Positions 40,041 to 59,095 of a stretch of DNA of 64,000 nt are shown piece by piece. The translations under genes and the position numbers were made by a program. The stretch covers positions 113,460,001-113,524,000 of the forward strand of contig OZ024741.1 in NCBI GenBank assembly GCA_964016885.1. Reading direction: 5' to 3'. Source of the DNA: Eledone cirrhosa. Lineage: Eukaryota. The notes beneath the pieces are model-generated. The model ran no database searches and was not told the origin of the DNA. It saw only the letters and a program-made list of their open reading frames with translations. Numbering within the stretch: position 1 is the first letter of the stretch; each line of letters starts with the position of its first letter.

Positions 40041-42170
40041 TAACACTAACTGTATGCGTGTGTATGCATAACACTAACTGTATGTGTACCACTAACTGTA
40101 TGTGTGTGTATGCATAACACTAACTGTATGTGTGTGTATGCATAACACTAACTGTATGTGTGTGTATGCGTAACACTAACTGTATGTGTGTGAATGCATA
40201 ACACTAACTGTATGCATAACACTAACTGTATGTGTACCACTAACTGTATGTGTGTGTATGCATAACACTAACTGTATGTGTACCACTAACTGTATGTGTA
40301 TGTATGCATAACACTAACTGTATGTGTACCACTAACTGTATGTGTACCACTAACTGTATGTGTGTGTATGCATAACACTAACTGTATGTGTGTGTATGCA
40401 TAACACTAACTGTATGTGTGTGTATGCGTAACACTAACTGTATGTGTGTGAATGCATAACACTAACTGTATGCATAACACTAACTGTATGTGTACCACTA
40501 ACTGTATGTGTGTGTATGCATAACACTAACTGTATGTGTACCACTAACTGTATGTGTATGTATGCATAACACTAACTGCATGTATACCACTAACTGTATG
40601 TGTATGTATGCATAACACTAACTGTATGTGTACCAATAACTGTATGGGTATGTATGCATAACACTAACTGTATGTGTACCACTAACTGTATGTGTGTGTA
40701 TGAATAACACTAACTGTATGTATCTGTATGCATAACACTAACTGTATGTGTACCATTAACTGTATGTGTATGTATGAATAACACTAACTGTATGTGTACC
40801 ACTAACTGTATGTGTACCACTAACTGTATGTGTATGTATGCATAACACTAACTGCATGTATACCACTAACTGTATGTATCTGTATGCATAACACTAACTG
40901 TATGTGTTCCACTAACTGTATGTGTATGTATGCATAACACTAACTGCATGTGTACCACTAACTGTATGTGTATGTATGCATAACGCTAACTGTGTGTGTA
41001 CCACTAACTGTATGTGTGTGTATGCATAACACTAACTGTATGTGTACCACTAACTGTATGTGTGTGTATGCATAACACTAACTGTATGTGTACCACTAAC
41101 TGTATGTATCTGTATGCATAACGCTAACTGTATGTGTACCACTAACTGTATGTGTGTGTATGCATAACACTAACTGTATGTGTACCACTAACTGTATGTG
41201 TATGTATGCATAACACTAACTGTATGTGTACCACTAACTGTATGTGTGTGTATGCATAACACTAACTGTATGTGTACCACTAACTGTATGTGTATGTATG
41301 CATAACACTAACTGTGTGTGTACCACTAACTGTATGTGTATGTATGAATAACGCTAACTGTATGTGTACCACTAACTGTATGTGTGTGTATGCATAACAC
41401 TAACTGAATGTGTACCACTAACTGTATGTGTATGTATGCATAACACTAACTGTATGTGTATGTATGCATAACACTAACTGTATGTGTGTGTATGCATAAC
41501 ACTAACTGTATGTGTGTGTATGCATAACACTAACTGTATGTGTATGTATGCATAACACTAACTGTATGTGTACCACTAACTGTATGTGTATGTATGCATA
41601 ACACTAACTGTATGTGTATGTATGCATAACACTAACTGTATGTGTGTGTATGCATAACACTAACTGTATGTGTATGTATGCATAACACTAACTGTATGTG
41701 TGTGTATGCATAACACTAACTGTATGTGTATGTATGCATAACACTAACTGTATGTGTGTGTATGCATAACACTAACTGTATGTGTGTGTATGCATAACAC
41801 TAACTGTGTGTGTGTGTATGCATAACACTAACTGTATGTGTATGTATGCATAACACTAACTGTATGTGTACCACTAACTGTATGTATCTGTATGAATAAC
41901 ACTAATTTATGTGTACCACTAACTGTATGTGTATGTATGCATAACACTAACTGTATGTGTATGTATGCATAACACTAACTGTATGTGTACCACTAACTGT
42001 ATGTGTATGTATGAATAACACTAACTGTATGTGTACCACTAACTGTATGTATCTGTATGAATAACACTAATTTATGTGTGCGCATATTTTATCACTAACT
42101 GTATGTATATCCATGTATAACACTAACTTTGTGTGTGTATAACACCAACTGTGTGCATGTATACTGCATT
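40041..42170. repeat. Composite minisatellite of 28-bp and 18-bp monomers sharing CACTAACTGTATG
   Basis: TAACACTAACTGTATGTGTGTGTATGCA (28 bp) and CACTAACTGTATGTGTAC (18 bp), often alternating as a 46-bp unit. Confidence 0.95.
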
Positions 42171-42277
42171 GAAACTGTTAAACTGAAGCTTTCTGTATGC
42201 AGCTCAATTTGACATGTACATTTTAAATATAAAACAATTGAAATTATGAAGTAGGAGAAAGTTTGGTTTAAGGTGCC

Positions 42278-42680
42278 ACACACACACACACACACTTACA
42301 AATATGCACATACATTCACATTCTCCCACAATCACACACATGCATTAACATACACACATACATTCACATATTCATATACACACATACATTTATATACATT
42401 GAATATTTACTCACACAGTTACTCACATATGCAAACATCCATCCATATATACACATGCGCTTATATTCACACTCACACACACACACCAACTGGAACATAA
42501 ATACACATTTCCCTCTACTCACACATACCTATGCACACACACTCAACATTTATACATACACTCACATTTATACATACCTAAACACACATATATTTGCACA
42601 TATTTAAACATATATACTCAATCACAGTCAAATTCATTCAGACAGATATATGAATATTCACACAGATTTTAATACATGTT

Positions 42681-42718
<38 letters not shown>

Positions 42719-43080
42719 TATATATATACATATTCACTCACATACTTAAACATATGGACACACACACACATTCAAACATTCATGTACATGCACATTCAAG
42801 CATTTGTATATACACTCACATTTACACATATTACATATAATTACATGTACACATACAAACATTCACACACTCAGCCATTCTCTCTCTCACACACACACAC
42901 ACACATACACATACACTCAGCTATTCACACACACACATACATACACTCACGCACACTCACACACACACAGCTATTCACACACACAACTATTTACACACAC
43001 ACCCACAGCTATTCAAACACACACACACATACACACACACACCACACACACACACAACTATTTACACACATGCATATACA
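42278..43080. repeat. Degenerate (CA)n-rich low-complexity tract
   Basis: Seen directly. Confidence 0.85.
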
Positions 43081-43403
43081 CAAAAACTACTTTAAGAATC
43101 AAAAGAAATTCTTTGGAAACAGTGTAGTTGCAAAGATGTGTTATACACTATGACTAAAATACAGGCAGGAAATCAATTTAGCCCAAAATGACAGCAAATA
43201 TATTTTGATGGTGAAGAAGAAAGTAAATCAAAGAGATTCTTGTTCTTCTTCTTCCTCTTATTGTTGTGGTTATTGTAGTTTTATATTATTTCTTCTTTTC
43301 ACACAAATAAGAAAATAATATTTCTTTAACTTTCCTCCATCTTTTCACCCTGTCTCTCTCTCTCTCTCTGTAACACACACACTATCTATTACAATCTATA
43401 TAG

Positions 43404-43439
<36 letters not shown>

Positions 43440-43605
43440 CATATGTATAATCATGCACACACACACACACACACACACACTCTCTCTCTCTCTCATGTAT
43501 AAATATATATATATGTGTATGTGTATATATACACATACACATACTCATGCACATATATATACTTTCATTCTTTAACAGTCTTCAGCCACATACATACACA
43601 CACAC

Positions 43606-43636
<31 letters not shown>

Positions 43637-43820
43637 GCTGAAAACTGTAACAGAATGAAAGTATACATTATATATGTATGTATGTATGTGTATATGTATA
43701 TCTATGTACATATCTCAGAATTTTATGATGCACTATACTGACAAAGTTATATATATATTTACCCTTTATAGTGCATCTCACACACACTCACACACACACA
43801 CACACACACAGACACACACA

Positions 43821-43862
<42 letters not shown>

Positions 43863-46800
43863 TGTGTGTGTGTGTGTGTATGTGTGTGTTTGTAAGTCAT
43901 TTTTAGTTACCCTCTTTCAGTATCTCTAGGTCTTCCTCTTCCCTATTCTCATTCCCTCACTCTCATTTATTTTTCTCTCTCTCACAATTACATTTCCACT
44001 CCTTTATATTTAGGTTTTCCATTTTTGTTTTTCTATTTTATATATATTTTCTATTTCATTTTGTTTCTTTCTTCCTATCTTTTAATGTGTTCAGTTACAG
44101 AATTTACTGAACTGGAAATATTGTTTGTTTCATTCCACAAAGACCCCCTACCCATTTCTTTCTGGCTTTCTTATTTTTTCTATAATAATTCTCACAATTT
44201 TACAGTTGACAAAAAGAATTTTTCAAACCCAAAAGAGTTCTTTTAAACTAACATAGTACCTGTAAAAAATGATGGAGTTTATTTTGTGTATCATCTTCAT
44301 CACCATCATAATCATCAACTTTATCTCTGTTTTCTAAACAGAAATAGGTTGGAAAAGGCACACTGAAGTGGAATTCTACTGCAAAGTGTCCTTCCTGGTA
44401 TTAACCCACTGTTGTATTTTATGTAAGGTACAGATCTTTACATAACTAACTGCTGAGAAATTAGAGACTTGTTTTTGCTGAATGTTAAAAGCATCAGTGA
44501 CAACAATGCTGAATGTGAAGAAAAAACAAACACACACACACACACACCTTGAGTCAAATATAATCTCAAGACAGTAAACTATCTTGATTTATGTTAAACT
44601 TACAAAACTCACAATTTTACCCATAGAGGAAACCAGATTAGCTATTACATTCGATAATAGTCTCTCCAATGATTTTTACATTATTTCACATAATTTGGTT
44701 ATCTACATCCAGTCTATCTTTTGATGAATCTACATTCAACAATACTTCAAGGTATTGTAATGGAACATTATTACAGAGTGGATTCACTAAAATTAGATAA
44801 ATAAAAAAATGACTGTCCCCAAACTCATGTTAAAGCTGAAGTAATGAGAAATATTACCTCATGTAACTCTCCATTCAACAAAAAATTTGCTATGCCTGTA
44901 ATGAAAATATTCTCTAAACTGCTTCAAAATCCCCCCACTCACATACAAGTAACACAAAATTTCTAATTTCGTATTACCATGATGGTTTCTGACTTAGGCA
45001 TAAAGTCAATAATTTGGGGGAGGGGAAAGTCGATTAAACTGAGCCAGTGCATTACTGGTATTTTATTTTATAAACACCATAAGGATGAAAGGCAAAGCTA
45101 ATCAGTGGGATTTGAACTCAGAATGTAAAAAGCCATAACTCTATGCAGCAAAGCATGCTGTCCAGTGCTCTACCAATAATAAAAATCCAAAGCCCTGAAT
45201 AGGAACACCATAATACTTCCCATTCAACTATACCAAACTTCTTGTGATACATTTTGAATATAAACCATACCAAACTGTAACCTATCTGATGCTCCGAATG
45301 TACAACTTTACACGACATACACTCAATTGCATGTCCGTTAGACTGAATATGCCCATCCTAAGGTAACATATATTCTGCAGCCATTAATACAGACACATTG
45401 TCAAAATGTACTATTGAATTAACCAATAAATCAAGTTTTTATAAGCAGACACACTTTCTAGAACCAACATAGAATTACTGACACTTATTTGGTTTCATTT
45501 AGACCCTAGAAAATAAAGTAGTAAACCATAACATTTAATGGAAATGAATTTTTTTTTGACAAATCAGGTAGATATTTAAAAAAAAAAAAACCTGTTCGCT
45601 TTGTACATTTGAGGCATATGAGATATTATTCTAAAATATCCCTATCCTAAAAAGAAGCACTGAATTAGTCTCCTGTTGTATACATAAACACCAATGTAAT
45701 TAACCTTTTAAACCATTTATACAATATACAAAAATGATAAATATGAGCAAAGCTGTTTACACTCCTAACAATAATCTTACTTATTTATTTATATATCTTA
45801 ATTAATTGTTATAGTTCTGAAGAATATTTGTGATATAAAATATGTTTAATCTACCTGAATAGATAGAAGATAAATTGTATGCTAGTAGTGAGATGATAAA
45901 TGAAAATTAATCTATGTGTATATAAATCTCTTCTAACTCACTCTCTATCTTACTCACTCACAACTGTCCACTTCTCTCTTACTCTGTCAGAAAGTGAGAG
46001 AATATAAGTGAGAAAGAGATATAGAGGAAGAATTGACCCAATACTTGACTGTTACTTTTTTATCGACTTTGGCAGTATTTGAACTCAGAAAGCAGAAAGC
46101 CAAAATGAATACCGCAAAGCATTCTATCCAACTTTGTAATGACTCAGCCAATTCACCACCTTATACAACAATAATGACAGATGATAAATGAAATTATATT
46201 AATAGATTCATCAAAATGAATTAAAAAAAGCTAAAATACACAGAAGTGAAAGCTTGCATACATCAGTTAAAATTGAACCCAGAATATTTGCTGTCTGACC
46301 TTTATTGAAATTGTATCAATTAGAGTCAAATATTTTTCTACATCAGCAGAAGGAATCAACAACAAACAGCAATATATAATCGTTAAAACTATTTATCATG
46401 ATTGAAATATATTCACTGAATATTCAAATTAGAGGGGACAAATAAACAAAAACCAGTAGAGGAATTACCATTTAGTGGTGGTTGTGTTGTTGTTGGTATT
46501 GTTGCTAATGAATAGGTGGAGAGAGTTTAGCAGTAGTGGGTGAGAAGTGAGGTTGCTGTTGGTAATATCAGTTATTTGTGTGTGTGTAATATTCTTTTGT
46601 CTCATTCTCTACTACACACCACCAACCTATTTCTTTTATTTCTATATAATTTTACAGCAGTTAAATTACTTATTTATTTTTATTAATATTTTCTATGATA
46701 TTTATTTTGTTTAGAAATGGACACCAGAAATATGTCCACACAAAGTTCCATGCCAACTATTTAAATGTGCTTTAATATCTGAACATCATGTTTCAGTTAT

Positions 46801-46871
46801 TTATTTTTTTTACTAATATTATTATTATTATTTAGCATTCATAATAGTTATAATAATATGACTGTTTTACT

Positions 46872-49553
<2,682 letters not shown>

Positions 49554-49753
49554 NNNNNNNNNNNNNNNNNNNNNNNNNNNNNNNNNNNNNNNNNNNNNNN
49601 NNNNNNNNNNNNNNNNNNNNNNNNNNNNNNNNNNNNNNNNNNNNNNNNNNNNNNNNNNNNNNNNNNNNNNNNNNNNNNNNNNNNNNNNNNNNNNNNNNNN
49701 NNNNNNNNNNNNNNNNNNNNNNNNNNNNNNNNNNNNNNNNNNNNNNNNNNNNN
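49554..49753. other. Assembly gap (200 N)
   Basis: Run of N. Confidence 1.
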
Positions 49754-51951
49754 TACCCCTGGGTGTCCTGCCAGTTGGTTTTGCCTGCAAAATCTGTTCA
49801 ATGATTTACTTGAACCTCCCCACTTGCTTCATTGGAAATCCACTCACATGTAGAGTGCACAGCATAGGCTTCATTTATAAAATGAGTCATTCCCCTTGTG
49901 AAGCAATCAGCAGTAAACCTATCAAATGCATGTTAAAGATCACTTTCTCATAAGTTAAGTAGTATCATGTTGTCTGCAAATTCCAGCTGACTGAACCTAC
50001 ACACACCAATTGCGATACCATTTCCAACCTGGCTGTGCATGTAAATCTTGTTCATGAAGATTATGAACAGGAGAGGTGAGAGAAAACATCCTTAGCATTG
50101 TTTATCATCAGTTTTGTTTTATGTCCAATTTTTCATGTGGGCATGGGTTGGACAGGATGAGATATTTTACAGCTAGATACCCTTCATGATGCCAACCCAT
50201 TTAGTCACCTCTAACAACATACAGGTATATGATGTATCTATTTTTAAAATTGGGATACAAACGACATATTCTTGTTGTTCTTCTTCTTTGACCACTTATT
50301 CTTTGGAGGATTGTGTAGGCAGAGTTTTCAAGCATGCTTTCCTGTAGGCCCTGTCAGAAGAAACCATTTCCAATTAATCCAATTGGATCCCCAATTGTGA
50401 CCAGCCAAGCTCATGGATGTTATTCAACCATCTTACTCAAGCTCTACCCCAGGGTATCCTGCCAGTTGGTTTTGCCCATAAAATCTGGGGGTTTACAAAC
50501 AACATTTATATTTATCTAAAAAACATTCCATAATTCTATATAGAAACCTTTGTTACATTATATTGCAACTGCAAGCTCAATAATGAGAAAGTTATATTTA
50601 TATTATTAAATCCTCCAAATTCTTGTGTATTTCCAATATTGCTTGAAAATAACAGGCAGTATCTGTAATTAGTAATGTGATAATGAATGGGTTAATGTTT
50701 CTACAACCTTTTTCGTTGTGGATGTCATAAAAACTACACTTATTGTGGCTAGTACTTCTTACTACTTCCCTAAAAGGGATAGCTATTTTGAATGATTAGT
50801 AAATAATTGTGTACAAACTGTAAAATATCAAATGCCCCAAATCAAACAATATTTTCTCTGACAACACCAGAACTGAACTGTTCTAAAATCATCTATCAGC
50901 AAAATATCCAAAAGAAATTTTTTCTTTAACTATTTTGTTGCCATATTTCTAACAAAAAACACTGTCTATGATTTTAAAATCATTTTGAAAATAACCCAGA
51001 ATTTAAAAGGATTTAGTAGTATAATTAAAATTCTCATTATTAAGCTGATATTTGGAGCATAACAACAATGTTTCTTACATAAAATTGTTGTGGAGAGGTT
51101 TTAGATGAATATAAACATCCTAAAACAAACAGCTTTGTATATGTAGAACCTAGGGTGGTTTCAGGTGGTTTGGTATCATCATGTGATGATGATCATCCTT
51201 TTTATGCCTATTCCTCCATGCTTGCATAGCTTAGACAGATCTTTTCTAGCACAGCTTCCTTCTACTTGCATTCTGTTGTCATCTCCTCTCACCACTTCTG
51301 CCCAGGTTGTTCTTGGCTTCCTTCCACTGGGATCTCCTGACACTTTTTCACCCAACTATCATCTTCCATATGTATCACCTGGCTATACCTGTGCAGTAAA
51401 AAGTGTTACGTGTTAAATACAAATATAGTAAATTTAAATTTTTCATGGAGCTGTCCATTCATATATCTGTTTAGCGCTAAAATAATAATTATAATTATTC
51501 CTAATATTATAGGTGATCAGGAAATTTTGTTTCCTTCTTTTTTTTCGGGGGGGGGGGGGGGGGAGAGAATCAACTAAATTGATTCAAGTACATTGCTCAT
51601 ACTTATTTCATTGAGACCAAAAGAATTTGTTTTTAATTTGTGAGTTAGAAGTAACCAGACTCTTTCCAGGGCCTCTGAAACTGTTGGAATGGTAGCATGG
51701 AGGCAAGGAAGAAGGTATACTAAAGTAGAAGTCTCCCTTGAATTGTTGTAATAGAATAGTTTCTGCTACAAGTAAAGTCAACATTTTCAGGATTCAAACT
51801 GAGCACAATAATACTGAAAAAGGACAGGGCCCCACTGAGCTATGAGGCTCTTGGCTACAGCACACATAACCCATATGTAAATTTGTTGGTTTCCTTTTGC
51901 TTGTGATGTGTTCTTTCATTGTTTTATAAATACTTTATTCTTCTTTTGTAG

Positions 51952-52103
51952 ATTTGATTGCCATACCTGACTTTCAAGCTGGGGCTATGGAAAACTGGGG
52001 TCTCATTACATTCAGAACAGTATATCTCCTCTTTGATTCAACTCAAACAGTAGGATTAAAAATGTCAGTAATCACCACAATTGCTCATGAGTTTGCACAC
52101 CAG
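51952..52103 (+). CDS. Internal exon of an M1-family zinc aminopeptidase (aminopeptidase N/A/ERAP-like)
   Basis: (D)[30 protein letters not shown] with GAMEN and HEXXH; polypyrimidine tract + AG at 51950-51951; donor CAG|GTGAGA at 52104. Confidence 0.95.
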
Positions 52104-52145
52104 GTGAGATGTTATATCAGCATTACTTTCATTTGTTTCATTTCT

Positions 52146-52404
52146 TTAACCTTTCTGATACCAAACTACCTAAAACTACCCTGTATCTATGATTCAAAAC
52201 TGTTTGTTTTAAAGTGTTGATATATAAATTTAAATCTTCTGTCATAATTTTATGTAAGAAAATTTAAATATGCTTTCAGACACCAGCTCAATATTGAAAA
52301 AGTTAGATATTTTACTAAATATTTCTAAGTTCTGATTATTTTCAAAAGTATTTGAAAGTCATAGGTAGTATCTATTACTAGAAATTTGGAAATGAAACAG
52401 TTAA
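52146..52404. mobile_element. TTAA-flanked ~255-bp MITE just downstream of the exon
   Basis: TTAACCTTTCTGATACCAAA left end, ..AAACAGTTAA right end; reverse copy of the family at 23268-23756. Confidence 0.6.
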
Positions 52405-52920
52405 TATGCAATGTAGCATATCATAATGCATTTCTTCTACTGTCATATCAATGACACTGAGAAAGTTAATTAAAAATTCAGTAGTTATGTCTTAATAGTT
52501 TCACAAAGCAATCAATTAGCAGAGTTATAAGAGTATCAGATTAAATGCCTTGATATTTATTTGTTCTGGTTTTCTGCACTCAGAATCCAAATGCTGCTGA
52601 GGTCAACTTTGCCTTTCATCAAGGGGTCGATAAATAGAGTACAAGTCCAAAGACAATGGATTGACAGAATTGTTAATGAGACAGGAGGAAACCTTTGCAC
52701 TATGTGCTCTCGCACTATGCTTTTTAAGTTCAAATCCTACATCATTTTACCAAGAGTTGTGCCCAGTAAATAATAGTGGTAATGGAAAGATCAATAGAAA
52801 CATAGTTTCCTTGGTTCGATCTGACAATTGGCTCTTTTTGTTTTCTTGGCATTCAAAAACATTTTCATGAATAAAACCACAAATAGAAAACAAAGAAAGA
52901 TAAATAACTCATCCCTTCAC

Positions 52921-53215
52921 TATCATCATCATCACCATTTTACGTCCGTTCTTCCACGCTAGCATGGGTTAGACGGGTTGTCCTGTTGTGGGCAGTGTCT
53001 GGTCGGCTGACCATGCCTAGCTCATACAGGAACTGATTTGGCTTGATTTCTACAGCTGGATGCCCTTCCTAACACCAACCTCATTTACAGTGAGTGCTGG
53101 GTGATTTTTCGTGGCGCCTACACGTCCACTTTACAGTGTGGGCTGGGTGCTTTTTTGCAGTGGCACCTCCACGACCACCTTGCGGTGGGGGGTGTGGGGG
53201 CATATTGTCTATACA
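52921..53215 (-). mobile_element. RTE 3' UTR / SINE-tail copy
   Basis: Close match to 10832-11080 and 1-90. Confidence 0.75.
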
Positions 53216-53866
53216 TTTAACTAATCAAGATATAAGTTTAACTAACTAGATTTGGTAGTAATGAGAAGTAGTGTCTATGACCAATGCTCTTCTCCTCAAA
53301 CTGAAAATACAGAACCAATGACAGAATTATAGAATTTAAACCATTTACCATTTGGCTGGTTGTTATTAATGATACAGTCAGTGGCAATTTTATAACTAAT
53401 TAAATTAACCAATATTTGATATTTAACATAATAAAGAAGAAAATTATAATTGAAAAATAACTTGATATAATCCTATATTCACCATTAATTTCTCTCTCTG
53501 AATTGCTTTAATTTGTAAACTATATGAGAAGGCCATTGATAGACAATAAAAATTTAATATGTGATGAAATGAATTTAAAACATAAAATTAATTAAACAAT
53601 GTTTGATTTCAAGATATTTTTCCCAATGTAATTAAACATTATAAAAACAAATAAAAATTTAATTCATAAATTATATTTCATTATGTAGACAGGTGTAGGT
53701 GGTATATATCAGAATCAGTAGAGCACTGGAAAAAATGCCTCATAGTGTTCGTATTCTATTATGTTTCTTATATTCTGAGTTCAAATCTCATCAAAGTCAA
53801 TCTTACCTTTAACACTTTTGATACCAAACTGCCTGACACCTCCCCTATTTTTACAATACTAAGTTA

Positions 53867-53903
<37 letters not shown>

Positions 53904-55858
53904 CTATAAACTTTTTATCACAGTATGTCCTTAAAATTGTTTATCATCATTTTTATTTCATGTCCCTTTTTACATCTGGGTATGCATTGGACAGGACTTT
54001 TGAGACAATGTTTTACAGCCAAATTCCCTTCCTGATGCCAACCCTTTTAGTCACTTCTTACAACACACAGGAATATGATTCATCTATTTTAAAAACTGGG
54101 ATACAGCATTGTTTGTATTTATCTAAAAACCTTCCATGATTCTATGTAAAACCCTTTGTTAAGTTATGATCCAAACACCAGCTTAATAATGAAGAAGTTA
54201 GTTTTTTAAATCCTTCCAAGTTCTTGATTATATTCAAAATTATATGAAAATAATAGGCATGCTCTTAGAAATATGCTTACAAAATGGTTAATCTTTCCAT
54301 GGTCAACGATATAATTACCAATGAAGTACTGGAGGCTTGATCCATTAGGTCCATTAGATTGTGCCCTCCAGCTTTAGCTTTTTTTCCAATGTTAAATATT
54401 TTTATACACAACGTGGAGAGGAAGAAACTGTTCAGATCTTACTTTAAGTTGACTTTGCTTACCCACCTTTCAGCTGATTGTAATTATAGGAAATTATGTT
54501 CAGCTATTTAACAGAAATACAAAAACATTTCCACCCTTTTGTGTCTATAATTTTAGTAAAGCCATGTGTACCCCATTTTTAGAATAGATATACTGTATCC
54601 CTGTGTGTCATGAGATGGGACTAAAAGAGTTGGCATCAGGAAGGACATACAGCTGTAAAACATTGTATCAAAACATCCCACCCTACCCATGCCAGCATGG
54701 AAAAGTGGATGTAGAAATGATGATGATGATAATGACGATGTACACTGAAACTTATAAACATGCATACACAAACATATTTATACATGTGCAGAGGTTTATA
54801 TATGCAGAAAATATTTACAACTACATAAATGCTTTTACACATCTTCATATATATGATAATGTCTGTATGTATGGACCCATAACTCCTGATGGATTCATAG
54901 GAGTGCTGTAGTGACTTACAACACGCTTTGGGCACTTTAAGCTTGATGGAGCCAATCTCTTCTTGAGGTCTGAACAAAGCCAATTTATTCTGTAGCAAAC
55001 TTATCACAACAGGATGAAATGCAGACCTATATAGCTATGATGTCATGGCTGAAAATAACTAATATGAAATTCCCTTCATTTCCTCTTCTCACTCTGAGTT
55101 TAACTCAACTCAGCTCTGTTTCTTTGTTCTCACTCTGACTTCCGCTCAATTATTTTTACTCACTCTGTCTGAGATGCCAGACAACGACTTGAGCTATGGT
55201 AGCCTGACTAATATGATAGGCTGTCTCAGCCAAGTCGTAACGCACCCAGGTTAGTAAAGCCATATTTCAGTCTTCAACACATTCACTCAGAATATAAACA
55301 TCTCTCCACAGAAATCATATCAGTACAAATTTTGCTTGTTATAAATATTTCTTCTGTTAACACAAATCATTCAAGGATACGAATGTCATTTCAAATCTTA
55401 TGATGACAAATAAATAACTTATTTGTACTTAACAGTTGACTTCATTTTCTTTTATTTCACAATTTGTCAATATCAAATTGAGCAGGTATGATGAGATTTT
55501 GGCAACGATTTTAAATGTGCTAAACCACAACCAAGTCTTCATGGCAACACACTTTGCAATACTTATAGACAATTGTATAACCATACACATTTTCTCTCTC
55601 ACATCTACACACTTCACTTCCAGAGATGGAGAAAGAATGAGAGAAAGAGAGGGAGAAAGATATAGAAGAAGAGTTGGTCTCAGTACTGGACTGTTTTTGA
55701 TTTTGAAAGGATGAAAGGCAAAGTTGACCTCAACAAGATTTGAATTTGAAGCACAGTAAACTAGAACAAATATTGTAAAGCATTCTAACCAATGTTCTAA
55801 TGACTCTGCCAATTCACCACCTTGATATATGATAATATATACATATAACATAAATACT

Positions 55859-55890
<32 letters not shown>

Positions 55891-56158
55891 CTTATATATA
55901 TATATATATATTGACAGTTGATCGACAAGATCCCAGACTTCATTCAATTAATGAGTGGGGTGGAGCTCATCAAATTGGACCGAGGAAGCAGTGTTTCCAT
56001 TGGTCTTTTCAATTGCTAATACTATCTGTCGGTTGCAAATCCAGGCAGAAGGAGCAATATGAAATATAGTGTTTTGCTCAAGGACATAATGCATCACCTG
56101 GTCTGGGAATTGAAACCACAACCTCGTGATTGCAAATCCAATTATCTAACCACTCAGC

Positions 56159-57613
<1,455 letters not shown>

Positions 57614-57643
57614 ATATATATATAATATACATATATATATATA

Positions 57644-57913
57644 TAATTATGTAATAAACAACACAATATAATTATTCCACTATCCAAGGTTTCATGAAGT
57701 TAGACGATTCTAACAGGAACGTCTGTTTCATTCATCAGATGAAATATCTATGTTATGGATATAAGATATCCATAACATAGATATCCTATATCCATAAGAT
57801 ATCCTATATCCATAATATCTGAAGAACAAAATAGACGTTTCTGTTAGAATCGTCTAATTTCTTGAAACCTTGGGTAATGGAATAATTATATTGTGTTGTT
57901 TATTACATAATTA
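57644..57913. mobile_element. Fold-back element with a long-stem-II hammerhead in each arm
   Basis: 57644-57740 inverted relative to 57817-57913; nested 19-bp hairpin in the spacer. Confidence 0.8.
57673..57746 (-). ncRNA. Type I hammerhead motif with extended stem II
   Basis: TATTTCAT-CTGATGA-ATGAA ac AGACG..CGTCT aac TTCAT-GAAA-CCTTGG-ATA-GTGGAATA; the + copy reads CTGAAGA..GAAACCTTGGGTA-ATGGAATA. Confidence 0.7.
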
Positions 57914-58019
57914 AATAGCTCTGTACTATACATAGAGCACTCTTTTTTCCTTTGCCTTATATATGGAAATACTTAACACACACACATATATATATAAGCT
58001 ATCTAAGAATGTAGATGTT

Positions 58020-59095
58020 ATATATGGCCGATGCTCAGGTGCAATAAGTAGCAAGTGCCCACAGGATACTAACTCCTTCAACTGCCCAGATGGTTCTATA
58101 GAAATAGTAGACACTTTCCATTACCCGTGTGACAAAATCAGCAGTGGTGGAGGGTGCTCTGAAAGTACAGTAGCCAGAGTTAGAACAGGATGGAAAAAGT
58201 TCAGAGAGCTAATACCGTTTTTGGCCACAAAAGGTTTCTCTTTAAAAATGAAAGGCAGATTATATGATGCTTGTATATGAACAGCAATGTTACATGGCAG
58301 TGAGACATGGGCATTGTGTGCAGAGGTCCTGCGCAGATTGGAAAGGAACAAAGTGTGCATGCTCCGTTGGATGTGTAATATTAATATACACGGACAGCAA
58401 AACATATACGAACTAAGTGAAAAATTAGGAATAAGAGGGATCAGATGCTGTTTACTTGAGAGAAGATTATGTTGGTTTGGTCATGCGAGGTGCATGAAAA
58501 ACGACAGCTATATAAAAAGTGCAGGTCAATCAAAATTGATGGTAGTTATGGAGTAGGTAGACCCAGAAAACCTGGAACAACAGGATAAAATCCAACCTTG
58601 CACACTTACATCTCTCTAAGACATTGTCACTGGACCGAGATCTTTGGTGTCACGCAGTAATACAGAAGACCTACCTTCCCTATGTGCAAAGTTAACCTAC
58701 AGTCAGTAGGCCCCTCCTAACCAAATATACACCCAAAACAACTACCCCTACTCCATCCTCCCACTCCCACCAACACCACCCTTTCTCTGTAAAGTTATGT
58801 TGATACCACAACATCCAGTCCAAACTAAAGAGGTCGTGTAGGTGTTACGACAAAAAAAAACAGACTCCACGCTATAATGTGGCCATGTAAGAACCATGGT
58901 AAAAAGGCTCCCAGTCCACACTGTAAATGTGGTTGTTGTTAGGAAGGGCATCCAGCCGTAGAAAACCTGCCAGATGCAGTCCCACACAAGTGAAACATGG
59001 TTAGCCGATCAATCTTGCCTCAAGTGGTACTATTCCCGTCGAACCCTTTCTAGCATGGAAGATGGACATTAAATGATGATGATGATGATGATGAT
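58020..59095 (+). mobile_element. RTE family 3' 1.1 kb, more diverged copy
   Basis: [34 protein letters not shown], (GAT)n. Confidence 0.88.

Noticed and set aside
40041-42170. CRISPR-like look of the repeated CACTAACTGTATG
   Set aside because: No unique spacers, no cas genes, eukaryotic context; it is a tandem minisatellite.
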